Below are positions 40,620-53,119 of a stretch of DNA of 64,000 bases, piece after piece (within the stretch, counting starts at the first letter, position 1; each line of letters starts with the position of its first letter). The position numbers and the translations under genes were made by a program. This DNA comes from Eledone cirrhosa (lineage: Eukaryota): assembly GCA_964016885.1 (NCBI GenBank), contig OZ024757.1:43028001-43092000 (forward strand), read 5' to 3'. The notes beneath the pieces were generated by a model. It was not told the DNA's origin, searched no databases, and worked only from the letters and a program-made list of their open reading frames with translations.

Positions 40620-43600
40620 CAAGGCCGCCGGACCGTACTACGCATGCGCCAAGGCCACCTGACTGTACTGCGCATGCGTCAAGGTCGCAGTACCGAACTG
40701 CGCATGCGGTAAGGCCGCCGGACCGTACTGCGCATGCGCCAAGGCCGCCTGACTGTACTGCGCATGCGTCAAGGTCGCAGTACCGAACTACGCATGCGTT
40801 AAGGCCGCCGGACCGTACTGCGCATGCGCCAAAGCCGCCGAACCGTACTGCGCATGCGCCAAGGCCGCCGGACCATAGTGCGCATGCGCCAAGACCGACT
40901 GACTGTACTGCGCATGCGTCAAGGTCCCAGTACCGAACTGCGCATGCGCTAAGGCCGCCGGACCGTACTGCGCATGCGCCAAGGCCGCCGGACCGCAGTG
41001 CGCATGCGCCAGAGCCGCCGAACCGTAGTGCGCCTGCGTCAAGGTCGCCGGACCATACTGCGCATGCGCCAAGCCCTCCGGACCGTAGTGCGCATGCGCT
41101 AAGGCCGCCGAACCGTACTGCGCATGCGCCAAAGCAGCTGGACCGTAGTGCGCATGCGCCAAGGCCACGGGACGGTACTGCGCATGATCCAAGACCGCCG
41201 GATCGTACTGCGCATGCCCCAAGGCCGTCGGACAGTAGTGCGCATGTGCCAAGGCCGCCAGACCGTAGTGCGCATGCTCCAAGACCGCCGGATCTTACTG
41301 CGCATGCCCCAAGGCCGTCGGACCGTAGTGCGCATGTGCCAAGGCCGCCAGACCGTAGTGCGCATGCGCCAAGGCCGCCGAACCGTACTGCGCATGCGCC
41401 AAGGCTGCCGGACCTTTGTGCGCATGCGGTTCGGCGGCCTTGGCGCATGCGCACTACGGTCCGGCGACCTTGCCGCATGCGCACTACGTTCCGGTGGCCT
41501 TGGCACATGCGCAGTACGGTCCGGCGGCTTTGGCGCATGCGCACTACGGTCTGGCAGCCTTGGCGCATGCGCACTACGGTCCGGCGGCCTTGGCGCATGC
41601 GCACTACGTTCCGTCGGCCTTGGCGCATGCGCAGTACGGTCCAGCGGCCTTGGCGCATGCGCACAAAGGTACGGCGGCCTTGGCGCATGCGCACTACGTT
41701 CCGGTGGCCTTGACGCATGCGCAGTACTGTCCAGTGGCCGTGGGGCATGCGCACTACAGTCCAGTGGCCTTGGCGCATGCGCAGTAAGGTCCGGCGGCCT
41801 TAGCGCATGCGCAGTAAGGTCCGGCGGCCATGGCGCATGCGCACTAAGGGCCAGCGGTCTTTGCGCATGCGCACAACGGTACGGCGGCCTTGGCGCATGC
41901 GCACTACGTTCCGGTGGCCTTGACGCATGCGCAGTACTGTCCAGTGGCCTTGGCGCATGCGCAGTAAGGTCCGGCGGCCTTAGCGCATGCGCAGTACGTT
42001 CCGGCGGCCTTGGCGCATGCGCACTAAGGGCCATCGTTCTTTGCGCATGCGCACAACGGTCCGGCGGCCTTGGTGCATGCGCACTACGGTCCGGCAGCCT
42101 TGGCGCATGCGCACTACGGTCCGGCGGCTTTGGTGCATGCGCACTACGGTCTAGCAGCATTGGGGCATGCGCACTACAGCCCGGCGGCCTTGGCGCATGC
42201 GCAGTACGGCCCGGCGACCTTGGCGCATGCGCACTACGGTCTGGCGGCCTTGGCGCACGCGCACCACGGTCCGGCGGTCTTGGCGCATGCGCACTACGGT
42301 CCGGCGACCTTGCCGCATGCGCACTACGTTCCGTTGGCCTTGGCACATGCGCAGTACGGTCCGGTGGCTTTGGCGCATGCGCACTACGGTCTGGCAGACT
42401 TGGCGCATGCGCACTACGGTCCGATGGCCTTGGCGCATGCGCACTACGTCCTGCTGGCCTTGGCGCCTGCACAATACAGTCCAGTGGCCTTGGCGCATGC
42501 GCAGTAAGGCCCGGCGGCCTTAGCGCATGCGCAGTAAGGTCCGGCGGCCATGGCGCATGCGCACTAAGGGCCAGCGGTCTTTGCGCATGCGCACAATGGT
42601 ACGGCAACATTGGCGCATGCGCACTACGTTCCGGTGGCCTTGACGCATGCGCAGTACTGTCCAGTGGCCTTGGCGCATGCGCAGTAAGGTACGGCGGCCT
42701 TAGCGCATGCGCAGTACGTTCCGGCGGCCTTGGCGCATGCGCACTAAGGGCCATCGTTCTTTACGCACCGTACTGCGCATGCGCCAAGGCCGCCGGACCG
42801 TAGTGCGCATGCGCCAAGGCCGCCTGACTGTACTGCGCATGCATCAAAGTCCCAGTACCGTACTGCGCATGCACCAAGACCGCCGGACCGTAGTGCGCAT
42901 GCGCCAGAGCCGCCGAACCGTAGTGCGCATGCGCCAAGGCCGCCGGACCATACTGCGCATGCGCCAAGGCTGCCGGACCGTAGTGGGCATGCGCCAAAGA
43001 CGCGGGCCCGTAGTGCGCATGCGCCAAGGCCACCTGACTGTACTGCGCATGCGTCAAGGTCGCAGTACTTAACTGCGCATGCGCTAAGGCCGCCGGATCG
43101 TAATGCGCATGCGCCAAGGCCGCCTGACTGTACTGCGCATGCGTCAAGGTCGCAGTACCGAACTGCGCATGCGTTAAGGCCGCCGGACCGTACTGCGCAT
43201 GCGCCAAGGCCGCCGGACCGTAGTGCGCATGCGCCAAGGCCGCCTGACTGTACTGCGCATGCGTCAAGGTCCCAGTACCGAACTGCGCATGCGCTAAGGC
43301 CGCCGGACCGTACTGCGCATGCGCCAAGGCCGCCGGACCGCAGTGCGCATGCGCCAGAGCCGCCGAACCGTAGTGCGCATGCGTCAAGGTCGCCGGACCA
43401 TACTGCGCATGCGCCAAGCCCGCCGGACCGTAGTGCGCATGGGCCAAAGCCGCCTGACCGTACTGCGCATGCGCCAAGTCCGCAGTACCGTACTGCGCAT
43501 GCGACAAGGCCGCAGTACCGTAGTGCGCATGCGCCAAGGCCATATGACCGTAGTGCGCATGCGCCAAGGCCGCCGGATCGTAGTGCGCATGCGCCAAAGC

Positions 43601-46175
43601 CGCCGAACCGTAGTGCGCATGCGCCAAGGCCGCCGATACATAGTGCACATGCGCCAAGGCCGTCGGACCATACTGCGCATGCGCCAAGGCCGCCGGACCG
43701 TAGTGCGCATGTGCCAAGGCCGCCTGACTGTACTGCGCATGCGTCAAGGTCGCAGTACCGAACTGCGCATGCGCTAAGGCCGCCGGACCGTACTGCGCAT
43801 GCGCCAAGGCCGCCGGACCGCAGTGCGCATGCGCCAGAGCCGCCGAACCGTAGTGCGCCTGCGTCAAGGTCGCCGGACCATACTGCGCATGTGCCAAGCC
43901 CGCCGGACCGTAGTGCGCATGCGCTAAGGCCGCCGAACCGTACTGCGCATGCGCCAAAGCAGCTGCACCGTAGTGCGCATGCGCCAAGGCCACCGGACGG
44001 TACTGCGCATGCACCAAGACCGCCGGATCGTACTGCGCATGCCCCAAGGCCGTCGGACCGTAGTGCGCATGTGCCAAAGCCGCCAGACCGTAGTGCGCAT
44101 GCTCCAAGGCCGCCGGATCTTACTGCGCATGCCCCAAGGCCGTCGGATGGTAGTGCGCTTGTGCCAAGGCCGCCAGACCGTAGTGCGCATGCGCCAAGGC
44201 CGCCGAACCGTACTGCGCATGCGCCAAGGCCGCCGGATCTTTGTGCGCATGCGGTTCGGTGGCCTTGGCGCATGCGCACTACTGTCCGGCGACCTTCCCG
44301 CATGCGCACTACGTTCCGGCGGCCTTGGCGCATGCGCACTACGTTCCGGTGGCCTTGGCGCATGCGCAGTACTGTCCAGTGGCCTTGGCGCATGCGCAGT
44401 AAGGTCCGGCAGCCTTAGCGCATGCGCACTACGGTCCAGTGGCCTTATCGCATGCGCAGTAAGGTCCGGCGGCCATGGCGCATGCGCACTAAGGGCCAGC
44501 GGTCTTTGCGCATGCGCACAACGGTCCGGCGGCCTTGGCGCCTGCGCACTACGGTCCGGCGGCTTTGGTGCATGCGCACTACGTTCCGGTGGCCTTGGCG
44601 CATGCGCAGTACTGTCCAGTGGCCTTGGCGCATGCGCAGTAAGGTCCGGCAGCCTTAGCGCATGCGCAGTACGTTCCGGCGGCCTTGGCGCATGCGCACT
44701 AAGGGCCATCGTTCTTTGCGCATGCGCACAACGGTCCGGCGGCCTTGGTGCATGCGCACTACGGTCCGGCGGCCTTGGCGCATGCGCACTACGGTCCGGC
44801 GGCTTTGGTGCATGCGCACTACGGTCTAGCAGCATTGGGGCATGCGCACTACAGCCCGGCGGCCTTGGCGCATGCGCAGTACGGCCCGGCGACCTTGGCG
44901 CATGCGCACTACGGTCTGGCGGCCTTGGCGCACGCGCACTACGGTCCGGCGGTCTTGGCGCATGCGCACTACGGTCCGGCGACCTTGCCGCATGCGCACT
45001 ACGTTCCGGTGGCCTTGGCACATGCGCAGTACGGTCCGGTGGCTTTGGCGCATGCGCACTACGGTCTGGCAGACTTGGCGCATGCGCACTACGGTCCGAT
45101 GGCCTTGGCGCATGCGCACTACGGTCCGGCGGCCTTGGCGCATGCGCACTACGTTCCGGTGGCCTTTGCGCATGCGCAGTACGGTCCAGTGGCCTTGGCG
45201 CATGCGCAGTAAGGTCCGGCGGCTTTGGCGCATGCGCACTATGGTCTGTCAGTCTTGGCGCATGCGCACTACGGTCCGGCGGCCTTGGCGCAGGCGCACT
45301 ACGTTCCGGCGGCCTTGGCGCATGCGCACTACGTTCCGGTGGCCTTTGCGCATGCGCAGTACGGTCCAGCGGCCTTGGCGCATGCGCACAACGGTACGGC
45401 GGCCTTGGCGCATGCGCACTACGTTCCGGTGGCCTTGACGCATGCGCAGTACTGTCCAGTGGCCTTGGGGCATGCGCACTACAGTCCAGTGGCCTTGGCG
45501 CATGCGCAGTAAGGTCCGGCGGCCATGGCGCATGCGCACTAAGGGCCAGCGGTCTTTGCGCATGCGCACAACGGTCCGGCGGCCTTGGCGCATGCGCACT
45601 ACGTTCTGGTGGCCTTGACGCATGCGCAGTACTGTCCAGTGGCCTTGGCGCATGCGCAGTAAGGTCCGGCGGCCTTAGCGCATGCGCAGTACGTTCCGGC
45701 GGCCTTGGCGCATGCGCACTAAGGGCCATCGTTCTTTGCGCATGCGCACAACGGTCCGGCGGCCTTGGTGCATGCGCACTACGGTCCGGCAGCCTTGGCG
45801 CATGCGCACTACGGTCCGGTGGATTTGGTGCATGCGCACTACGGTCTAGCAGCATTGGGGCATGCGCACTACAGCCCAGCTGCCTTGGCGCATGCGCAGT
45901 ACGGCCCGGCGACCTTGGCGCATGCGCACTACGGTCTGGCGGCCTTGGCGCACGCGCACTACGGTCCGGCGGTCTTGGCGCATGCGCACTACGGTCCGGC
46001 GACCTTGCCGCATGCGCACTACGTTCCGGTGGCCTTGGCACATGCGCAGTACGGTCCGGTGGCTTTGGCGCATGCGCACTACGGTCTGGCAGACTTGGCG
46101 CATGCGCACTACGGTCCGATGGCCTTGGCGCATGCGCACTACGTCCTGGTGGCCTTGGCGCATGCGCAGTACAGT

Positions 46176-46408
46176 CCATATTTAGCCATTTTGAGTTATT
46201 TTAGTAATTTATGATGCAGTTTAACCATTTTAGAGCCATTTATAGTCATTTTAGACGTTTCAGTCGTGTTAGAGTCATTCTAGTCAATTATGATACGGTT
46301 TTAGCATTTTATTGTCACTTTAGTCATTTATTATGCCGTCTTAGCCATTTTGTTGTAATTTCAGACATACATGATGACATTTCGGCCATGTTAGTCCTTT
46401 TTGATGAC
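46176..46408 (+). repeat. AT-rich spacer, 233-bp form
   Basis: Exactly 7,660 bp after 38516. Confidence 0.95.
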
Positions 46409-48223
46409 GTGCCCATGCGCCAAGACCGCCAGACCTTACTGCGCACGCGCCGAGACGGCGTGATCGTAGTGCGCATGCGCCAAAGCCGCCTAACCGTAGT
46501 GCGCATGCGCCAAGGCCGCCGATACATAGTGCACATGCGCCAAGGCCGTCGGACTATACTGCGCATGTGCCAAGGGCGCCGGACCGTTGTGCGCATGCGC
46601 CAAGGCCGCTGGACCGTACTGCGCATGCGCAAAGGCCACCGGAACGTAGTGCGCATGCGCCAAGGCCGCCGGACCGTAGTGCGCATGCGCCAAGACTGAC
46701 AGACCATAGTGCGCATGCGCCAAAGCCGCCGGACCTTACTGCGCATGCGCCAAGGCCACTGGAGCGTACTGCGCATGCGCCAAGGCCACCGGAACGTAGT
46801 GCGCATGCGCCAAGGCCGCCGGACCGTAGTGCGCATGCGCCAAGGCTGCCAGACCGTAGTGCGCATGCGCCAAAGCCGCCGGAACGTAGTGCGCATGCGG
46901 GAAGGTCGCCGGACCGTAGTGCGCATGCGCCAAGGCCGCCGAACCGCATGCGCACAAAGGTCCGGCGGCCTTGGCGCATGCGCAGTACGGTTCGGCGGCC
47001 TTGGCGCATGCGCACTACGGTCTGGCGGCCTTGGCACATGCGCACTACGGTCCGACGGCCTTGGGGCATGCGCAGTAAGATCCGGCGGTCTTGGAGCATG
47101 CGCACTACGGTCTGGCGGCCTTGGCGCATGCGCACTACGGTCTGGCAGCCTTGGCGCATGCGCACTACGGTCCGGCGCCCTTGGCGCATGCGCACTACTT
47201 TCCGGTGGCCTTGGCGCATGCGCAGTACGCTCCAGTGGCCTTGGCGCATGCGCAGTAAGGTCCGGCGGCTTTGGCGCATGCGCACTATGGTCTGTCAGTC
47301 TTGGCGCATGCGCACTACGGTCCGGCGGCCTTGGCGCATGCGCACTACGTTCCGGCGGCCTTGGCGCATGCGCACTACGTTCCGGTGGCCTTTGCGCATG
47401 CGCAGTACGGTCCAGCGGCCTTGGCGCATGCGCACAACGGTACGGCGGCCTTGGCGCATGCGCACTACGGCCCGGTGGCCTTGACGCATGCGCAGTACTG
47501 TCCAGTGGCCTTGGGGCATGCGCACTACAGTCCAGTGGCCTTGGCGCATGCGCAGTAAGGTCCGGCGGCCATGGCGCATGCGCACTAAGGGCCAGCGGTC
47601 TTTGCGCATGCGCACAACGGTACGGCGGCCTTGGCGCATGCGCACTACGTTCTGGTGGCCTTGACGCATGCGCAGTACTGTCCAGTGGCCTTGGCGCATG
47701 CGCAGTAAGGTCCGGCGGCCTTAGCGCATGCGCAGTACGTTCCGGCGGCCTTGGCGCATGCTCACTAAGATGGCCATCGTTCTTTGCGCATGCGCACAAC
47801 GGTCCGGCGGCCTTGGTGCATGCGCACTACGGTCCGGCAGCCTTGGCGCATGCGCACTACGGTCCGGTGGCTTTGCTGCATGCGCACTACGGTCTAGCAG
47901 CATTGGGGCATGCGCACTACAGCCCGGCGGCCTTGGCGCATGCGCAGTACGGCCCGGCGACCTTGGCTCATGCGCACTACGGTCTGGCGGCCTTGGCGCA
48001 CGCGCACTACGGTCCGGCGGTCTTGGCGCATGCGCACTACGGTCCGGCGACCTTGCCGCATGCGCACTACGTTCCGGTGGCCTTGGCACATGCGCAGTAC
48101 GGTTCGGTGGCTTTGGCGCATGCGCACTACGGTCTGGCAGACTTGGCGCATGCGCACTACGGTCCGATGGCCTTGGCGCATGCGCACTACGTCCTGGTGG
48201 ACTTGGCGCATGCGCAGTACAGT

Positions 48224-48279
48224 CCATATTTAGCCATTTTGAGTTATTTTAGTAATTTATGATGCAGTTTAACCATTTT
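48224..48279 (+). repeat. AT-rich spacer, 56-bp form
   Basis: Exactly 7,660 bp after 40564. Confidence 0.95.
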
Positions 48280-49189
48280 CAAGGCCGCCGGACCGTACTG
48301 CGCATGCGCCAAGGCCACCTGACTGTACTGCGCATGCGTCAAGGTCGCAGTACCGAACTGCGCATGCGCTAAGGCCGCCGGACCGTACTGCGCATGCGCC
48401 AAGGCCGCCTGACTGTACTGCGCATGCGTCAAGGTCGCAGTACCGAACTACGCATGCGTTAAGGCCGCCGGACCGTACTGCGCATGTGCCAAGGCCGCCG
48501 GACCGTAGTGCGCATGCGCCAAAGCCGCCGAACCGTACTGCGCATGCGCCAAGGCCGCCGGACCGTAGTGCGCATGCGCCAAGACCGACTGACTGTACTG
48601 CGCATGCGTCAAGGTCCCAGTACCGAACTGCGCATGCGCTAAGGCCGCCGGACCGTACTGCGCATGCGCCAAGGCCGCCGGACCGCAGTGCGCATGCGCC
48701 AGAGCCGCCGAACCGTAGTGCGCCTGCGTCAAGGTCGCCGGACCATACTGCGCATGCGCCAAGCCCTCCGGACCGTAGTGCGCATGCGCTAAGGCCGCCG
48801 AACCGTACTGCGCATGCGCCAAAGCAGCTGGACCGTAGTGCGCATGCGCCAAGGCCACGGGACGGTACTGCGCATGATCCAAGACCGCCGGATCGTACTG
48901 CGCATGCCCCAAGGCCGTCGGACAGTAGTGCGCATGTGCCAAGGCCGCCAGACCGTAGTGCGCATGCTCCAAGACCGCCGGATCTTACTGCGCATGCCCC
49001 AAGGCCGTCGGACCGTAGTGCGCATGTGCCAAGGCCGCCAGACCGTAGTGCGCATGCACCAAGGCCGCCGAACCGTACTGCGCATGCGCCAAGGCTGTCG
49101 GACCTTTGTGCGCATGCGGTTCGGCGGCCTTGGCGCATGCGCACTACGGTCCGGCGACCTTCCCGCATGCGCACTACGTTCCGGTGGCC

Positions 49190-50390
49190 TTGGCACATGC
49201 GCAGTACGGTCCGGCGGCTTTGGCGCATGCGCACTACGGTCTGGCAGCCTTGGCGCATGCGCACTACGGTCCGGCGGCCTTGGCGCATGCGCACTACGTT
49301 CCGGCGGCCTTGGCGCATGCGCAGTACGGTCAAGCGGCCTTGGCGCATGCGCACAAAGGTACGGCGGCCTTGGCGCATGCGCACTACGTTCCGGTGGCCT
49401 TGACGCATGCGCAGTACTGTCCAGTGGCCGTGGGGCATGCGCACTACAGTCCAGTGGCCTTGGCGCATGCGCAGTAAGGTCCGGCGGCCTTAGCGCATGC
49501 GCAGTAAGGTCCGGCGGCCATGGCGCATGCGCACTAAGGGCCAGCGGTCTTTGCGCATGCGCACAACGGTACGGCGGCCTTGGCGCATGCGCACTACGTT
49601 CCGGTGGCCTTGACGCATGCGCAGTACTGTCCAGTGGCCTTGGCGCATGCGCAGTAAGGTCCGGCGGCCTTAGCGCATGCGCAGTACGTTCCGGCGGCCT
49701 TGGCGCATGCGCACTAAGGGCCATCGTTCTTTGCGCATGCGCACAACGGTCCGGCGGCCTTGGTGCATGCGCACTACGGTCCGGCAGCCTTGGCACATGC
49801 GCAGTACGGTCCGGCGGCTTTGGCGCATGCGCACTACGGTCTGGCAGCCTTGGCGCATGCGCACTACGGTCCGGCGGCCTTGGCGCATGCGCACTACGTT
49901 CCGGCGGCCTTGGCGCATGCGCAGTACGGTCCAGCGGCCTTGGCGCATGCGCACAAAGGTACGGCGGCCTTGGCGCATGCGCACTACGTTCCGGTGGCCT
50001 TGACGCATGCGCAGTACTGTCCAGTGGCCGTGGGGCATGCGCACTACAGTCCAGTGGCCTTGGCGCATGCGCAGTAAGGTCCGGCGGCCTTAGCGCATGC
50101 GCAGTAAGGTCCGGCGGCCATGGCGCATGCGCACTAAGGGCCAGCGGTCTTTGCGCATGCGCACAACGGTACGGCGGCCTTGGCGCATGCGCACTACGTT
50201 CCGGTGGCCTTGACGCATGCGCAGTACTGTCCAGTGGCCTTGGCGCATGCGCAGTAAGGTCCGGCGGCCTTAGCGCATGCGCAGTACGTTCCGGCGGCCT
50301 TGGCGCATGCGCACTAAGGGCCATCGTTCTTTGCGCATGCGCACAACGGTCCGGCGGCCTTGGTGCATGCGCACTACGGTCCGGCAGCCT
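49190..50390 (+). repeat. 600-bp (20-monomer) local tandem duplication
   Basis: Lines 49201-49800 recur at 49801-50400 (e.g. gcacaaaggt; ccagtggccgtgggg). Confidence 0.88.
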
Positions 50391-50770
50391 TGGCGCATGC
50401 GCACTACGGTCCGGTGGATTTGGTGCATGCGCACTACGGTCTAGCAGCATTGGGGCATGCGCACTACAGCCCAGCTGCCTTGGCGCATGCGCAGTACGGC
50501 CCGGCGACCTTGGCGCATGCGCACTACGGTCTGGCGGCCTTGGCGCACGCGCACTACGGTCCGGCGGTCTTGGCGCATGCGCACTACGGTCCGGCGACCT
50601 TGCCGCATGCGCACTACGTTCCGGTGGCCTTGGCACATGCGCAGTACGGTCCGGTGGCTTTGGCGCATGCGCACTACGGTCTGGCAGACTTGGCGCATGC
50701 GCACTACGGTCCAATGGCCTTGGCGCATGCGCACTACGTCCTGGTGGCCTTGGCGCATGCGCAGTACAGT

Positions 50771-51003
50771 CCATATTTAGCCATTTTGAGTTATTTTAGT
50801 AATTTATGATGCAGTTTAACCATTTTAGAGCCATTTATAGTCATTTTAGACGTTTCAGTCGTGTTAGAGTCATTCTAGTCAATTATGATACGGTTTTAGC
50901 ATTTTATTGTCACTTTAGTCATTTATTATGCCGTCTTAGCCATTTTGTTGTAATTTCAGACATACATGATGACATTTCGGCCATGTTAGTCCTTTTTGAT
51001 GAC
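50771..51003 (+). repeat. AT-rich spacer, 233-bp form
   Basis: Matches 5401-5633. Confidence 0.95.
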
Positions 51004-51602
51004 GTGCCCATGCGCCAAGACCGCCAGACCTTACTGCGCACGCGCCGAGACGGCGTGATCGTAGTGCGCATGCGCCAAAGCCGCCTAACCGTAGTGCGCA
51101 TGCGCCAAGGCCGCCGATACATAGTGCACATGCGCCAAGGCCGTCGGACTATACTGCGCATGCGCCAAGGGCGCCGGACCGTTGTGCGCATGCGCCAAGG
51201 CCGCTGGACCGTACTGCGACCTTGACGCATGCGCAGTACAGTCAGGTGGCCTTGGCGCATGCGCAGTACGGTCCGGCGGCCTTGGCGCATGCGCACTACG
51301 TTCCGGCGGCCTTGGCGCATGCGCACTACGTTCCGGTGGCCTTTGCGCATGCGCAGTACGGTCCAGCGGCCTTGGCGCATGCGCACATCGGTACGGCGGC
51401 CTTGGCGCATGCGCACTACGTTCCGGTGGCCTTGACGCATGCGCAGTACTGTCCAGTGGCCTTGGGGCATGCGCAGTACGGTCCGGTGGCTTTGGCGCAT
51501 GCGCACTACGGTCTGGCAGACTTGGCGCATGCGCACTACGGTCCGATGGCCTTGGCGCATGCGCACTACGTCCTGGTGGCCTTGGCGCATGCGCAGTACA
51601 GT

Positions 51603-51658
51603 CCATATTTAGCCATTTTGAGTTATTTTAGTAATTTATGATGCAGTTTAACCATTTT
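51603..51658 (+). repeat. AT-rich spacer, 56-bp form
   Basis: Matches 7449-7504. Confidence 0.95.
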
Positions 51659-52852
51659 CAAGGCCGCCGGACCGTACTGCGCATGCGCCAAGGCCGCCTG
51701 ACTGTACTGCGCATGCGTCAAGGTCGCAGTACCGAACTGCGCATGCGTTAAGGCCGCCGGACCGTACTGCGCATGTGCCAAGGCCGCCGGACCGTAGTGC
51801 GCATGCGCCAAAGCCGCCGAACCGTACTGCGCATGCGCCAAGGCCGCCGGACCGTAGTGCGCATGCGCCAAGACCGACTGACTGTACTGCGCATGCGTCA
51901 AGGTCCCAGTACCGAACTGCGCATGCGCTAAGGCCGCCGGACCGTACTGCACATGCGCCAAGGCCGCCGGACCGCAGTGCGCATGCGCAAGAGCCGCCGA
52001 ACCGTAGTGCGCATGCGTCAAGGTCGCCGAACCATACTGCGCATGCGCCAAGCCCGCCGGACCGTAGTGCGCATGCGCTAAGGCCGCCGAACCGTACTGC
52101 GCATGCGCCAAAGCAGCTGGACCGTAGTGCGCATGCGCCAAGGCCACGGGACGGTACTGCGCATGCTCCAAGACCGATGGATCGTACTGCGCATGCCCCA
52201 AGGCCGTCGGACAGTAGTGCGCATGTGCCAATGCCGCCAGACCGTAGTGCGCATGCTCCAAGACCGCCGGATCTTACTGCGCATGCCCCAAGGCCGTCGG
52301 ACCGTAGTGCGCATGTGCCAAGGCCGCCAGACCGTAGTGCGCATGCGCCAAGGCCGCCGAACCGTACTGCGCATGCGCCAAGGCCACCGGACCTTTGTGC
52401 GCATGCGGTTCGGCGGCCTTGGCGCATGCGCACTACGGTCCGGCGACCTTCCCGCATGCGCACTACGTTCCGGTGGCCTTGGCACATGCGCAGTACGGTC
52501 CGGCGGCCTTAGCGCATGCGCAGTTCGGTACTGCGACCTTGACGCATGCGCAGTACAGTCAGGTGGCCTTGGCGCATGCGCAGTACGGTCCGGAGGCCTT
52601 AGCGCATGCGCAGTTCGGTACTGCGACCTTGACGCATGCGCAGTAAGTCAGGCGGCCTTGGTGCATGCGCACAACTGTCCGGCGCCCTTGGCGCATGCGC
52701 AGTATGGTCCGACGGCCTTGGCGCATGTGCACTATGTATCGGCGGCCTTGGCGCATGCGCACTACGGTTAGGCGGCTTTGGCGCATGCGCACTACGATCA
52801 GGCCGTATCGACGCGTGCGCAGTACGGTCTGGCGGTCTTGGCGCATGGGCAC

Positions 52853-53119
52853 GTCATCAAAAAGGACTAACATGGCCGAAATGTCATCATGTATGTCTGA
52901 AATTACAACAAAGTGGCTAAGACGGCATAATAAATGACTAAAGTGACAATAAAATGCTAAAACCGTATCATAATTGACTAGAATGACTCTAACACGACTG
53001 AAACGTCTAAAATGACTATAAATGGCTCTAAAATGGTTAAACTGCATCATAAATTACTAAAATAACTCAAAATGGCTAAATATGGCAACACAAAGGCTTA
53101 AAATGGCTAAAAAGTCATC
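52853..53119 (-). repeat. AT-rich spacer, 267-bp form, inverted
   Basis: Reverse complement of 25215-25481 (shares the ctttgtgttg variant). Confidence 0.95.

Larger units (their letters stand above)
27350..49790 (+). repeat. 7,660-bp higher-order repeat (HOR), ~3 tandem copies; the first copy has 30-bp and ~403-bp deletions
   Basis: Spacers and junctions recur at +7,660 (32904/40564/48224; 38516/46176; 35106/42766; 31625/39285/46945). ORF-track coordinates repeat at the same offset (e.g. 31951/39611/47271). Confidence 0.93.
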
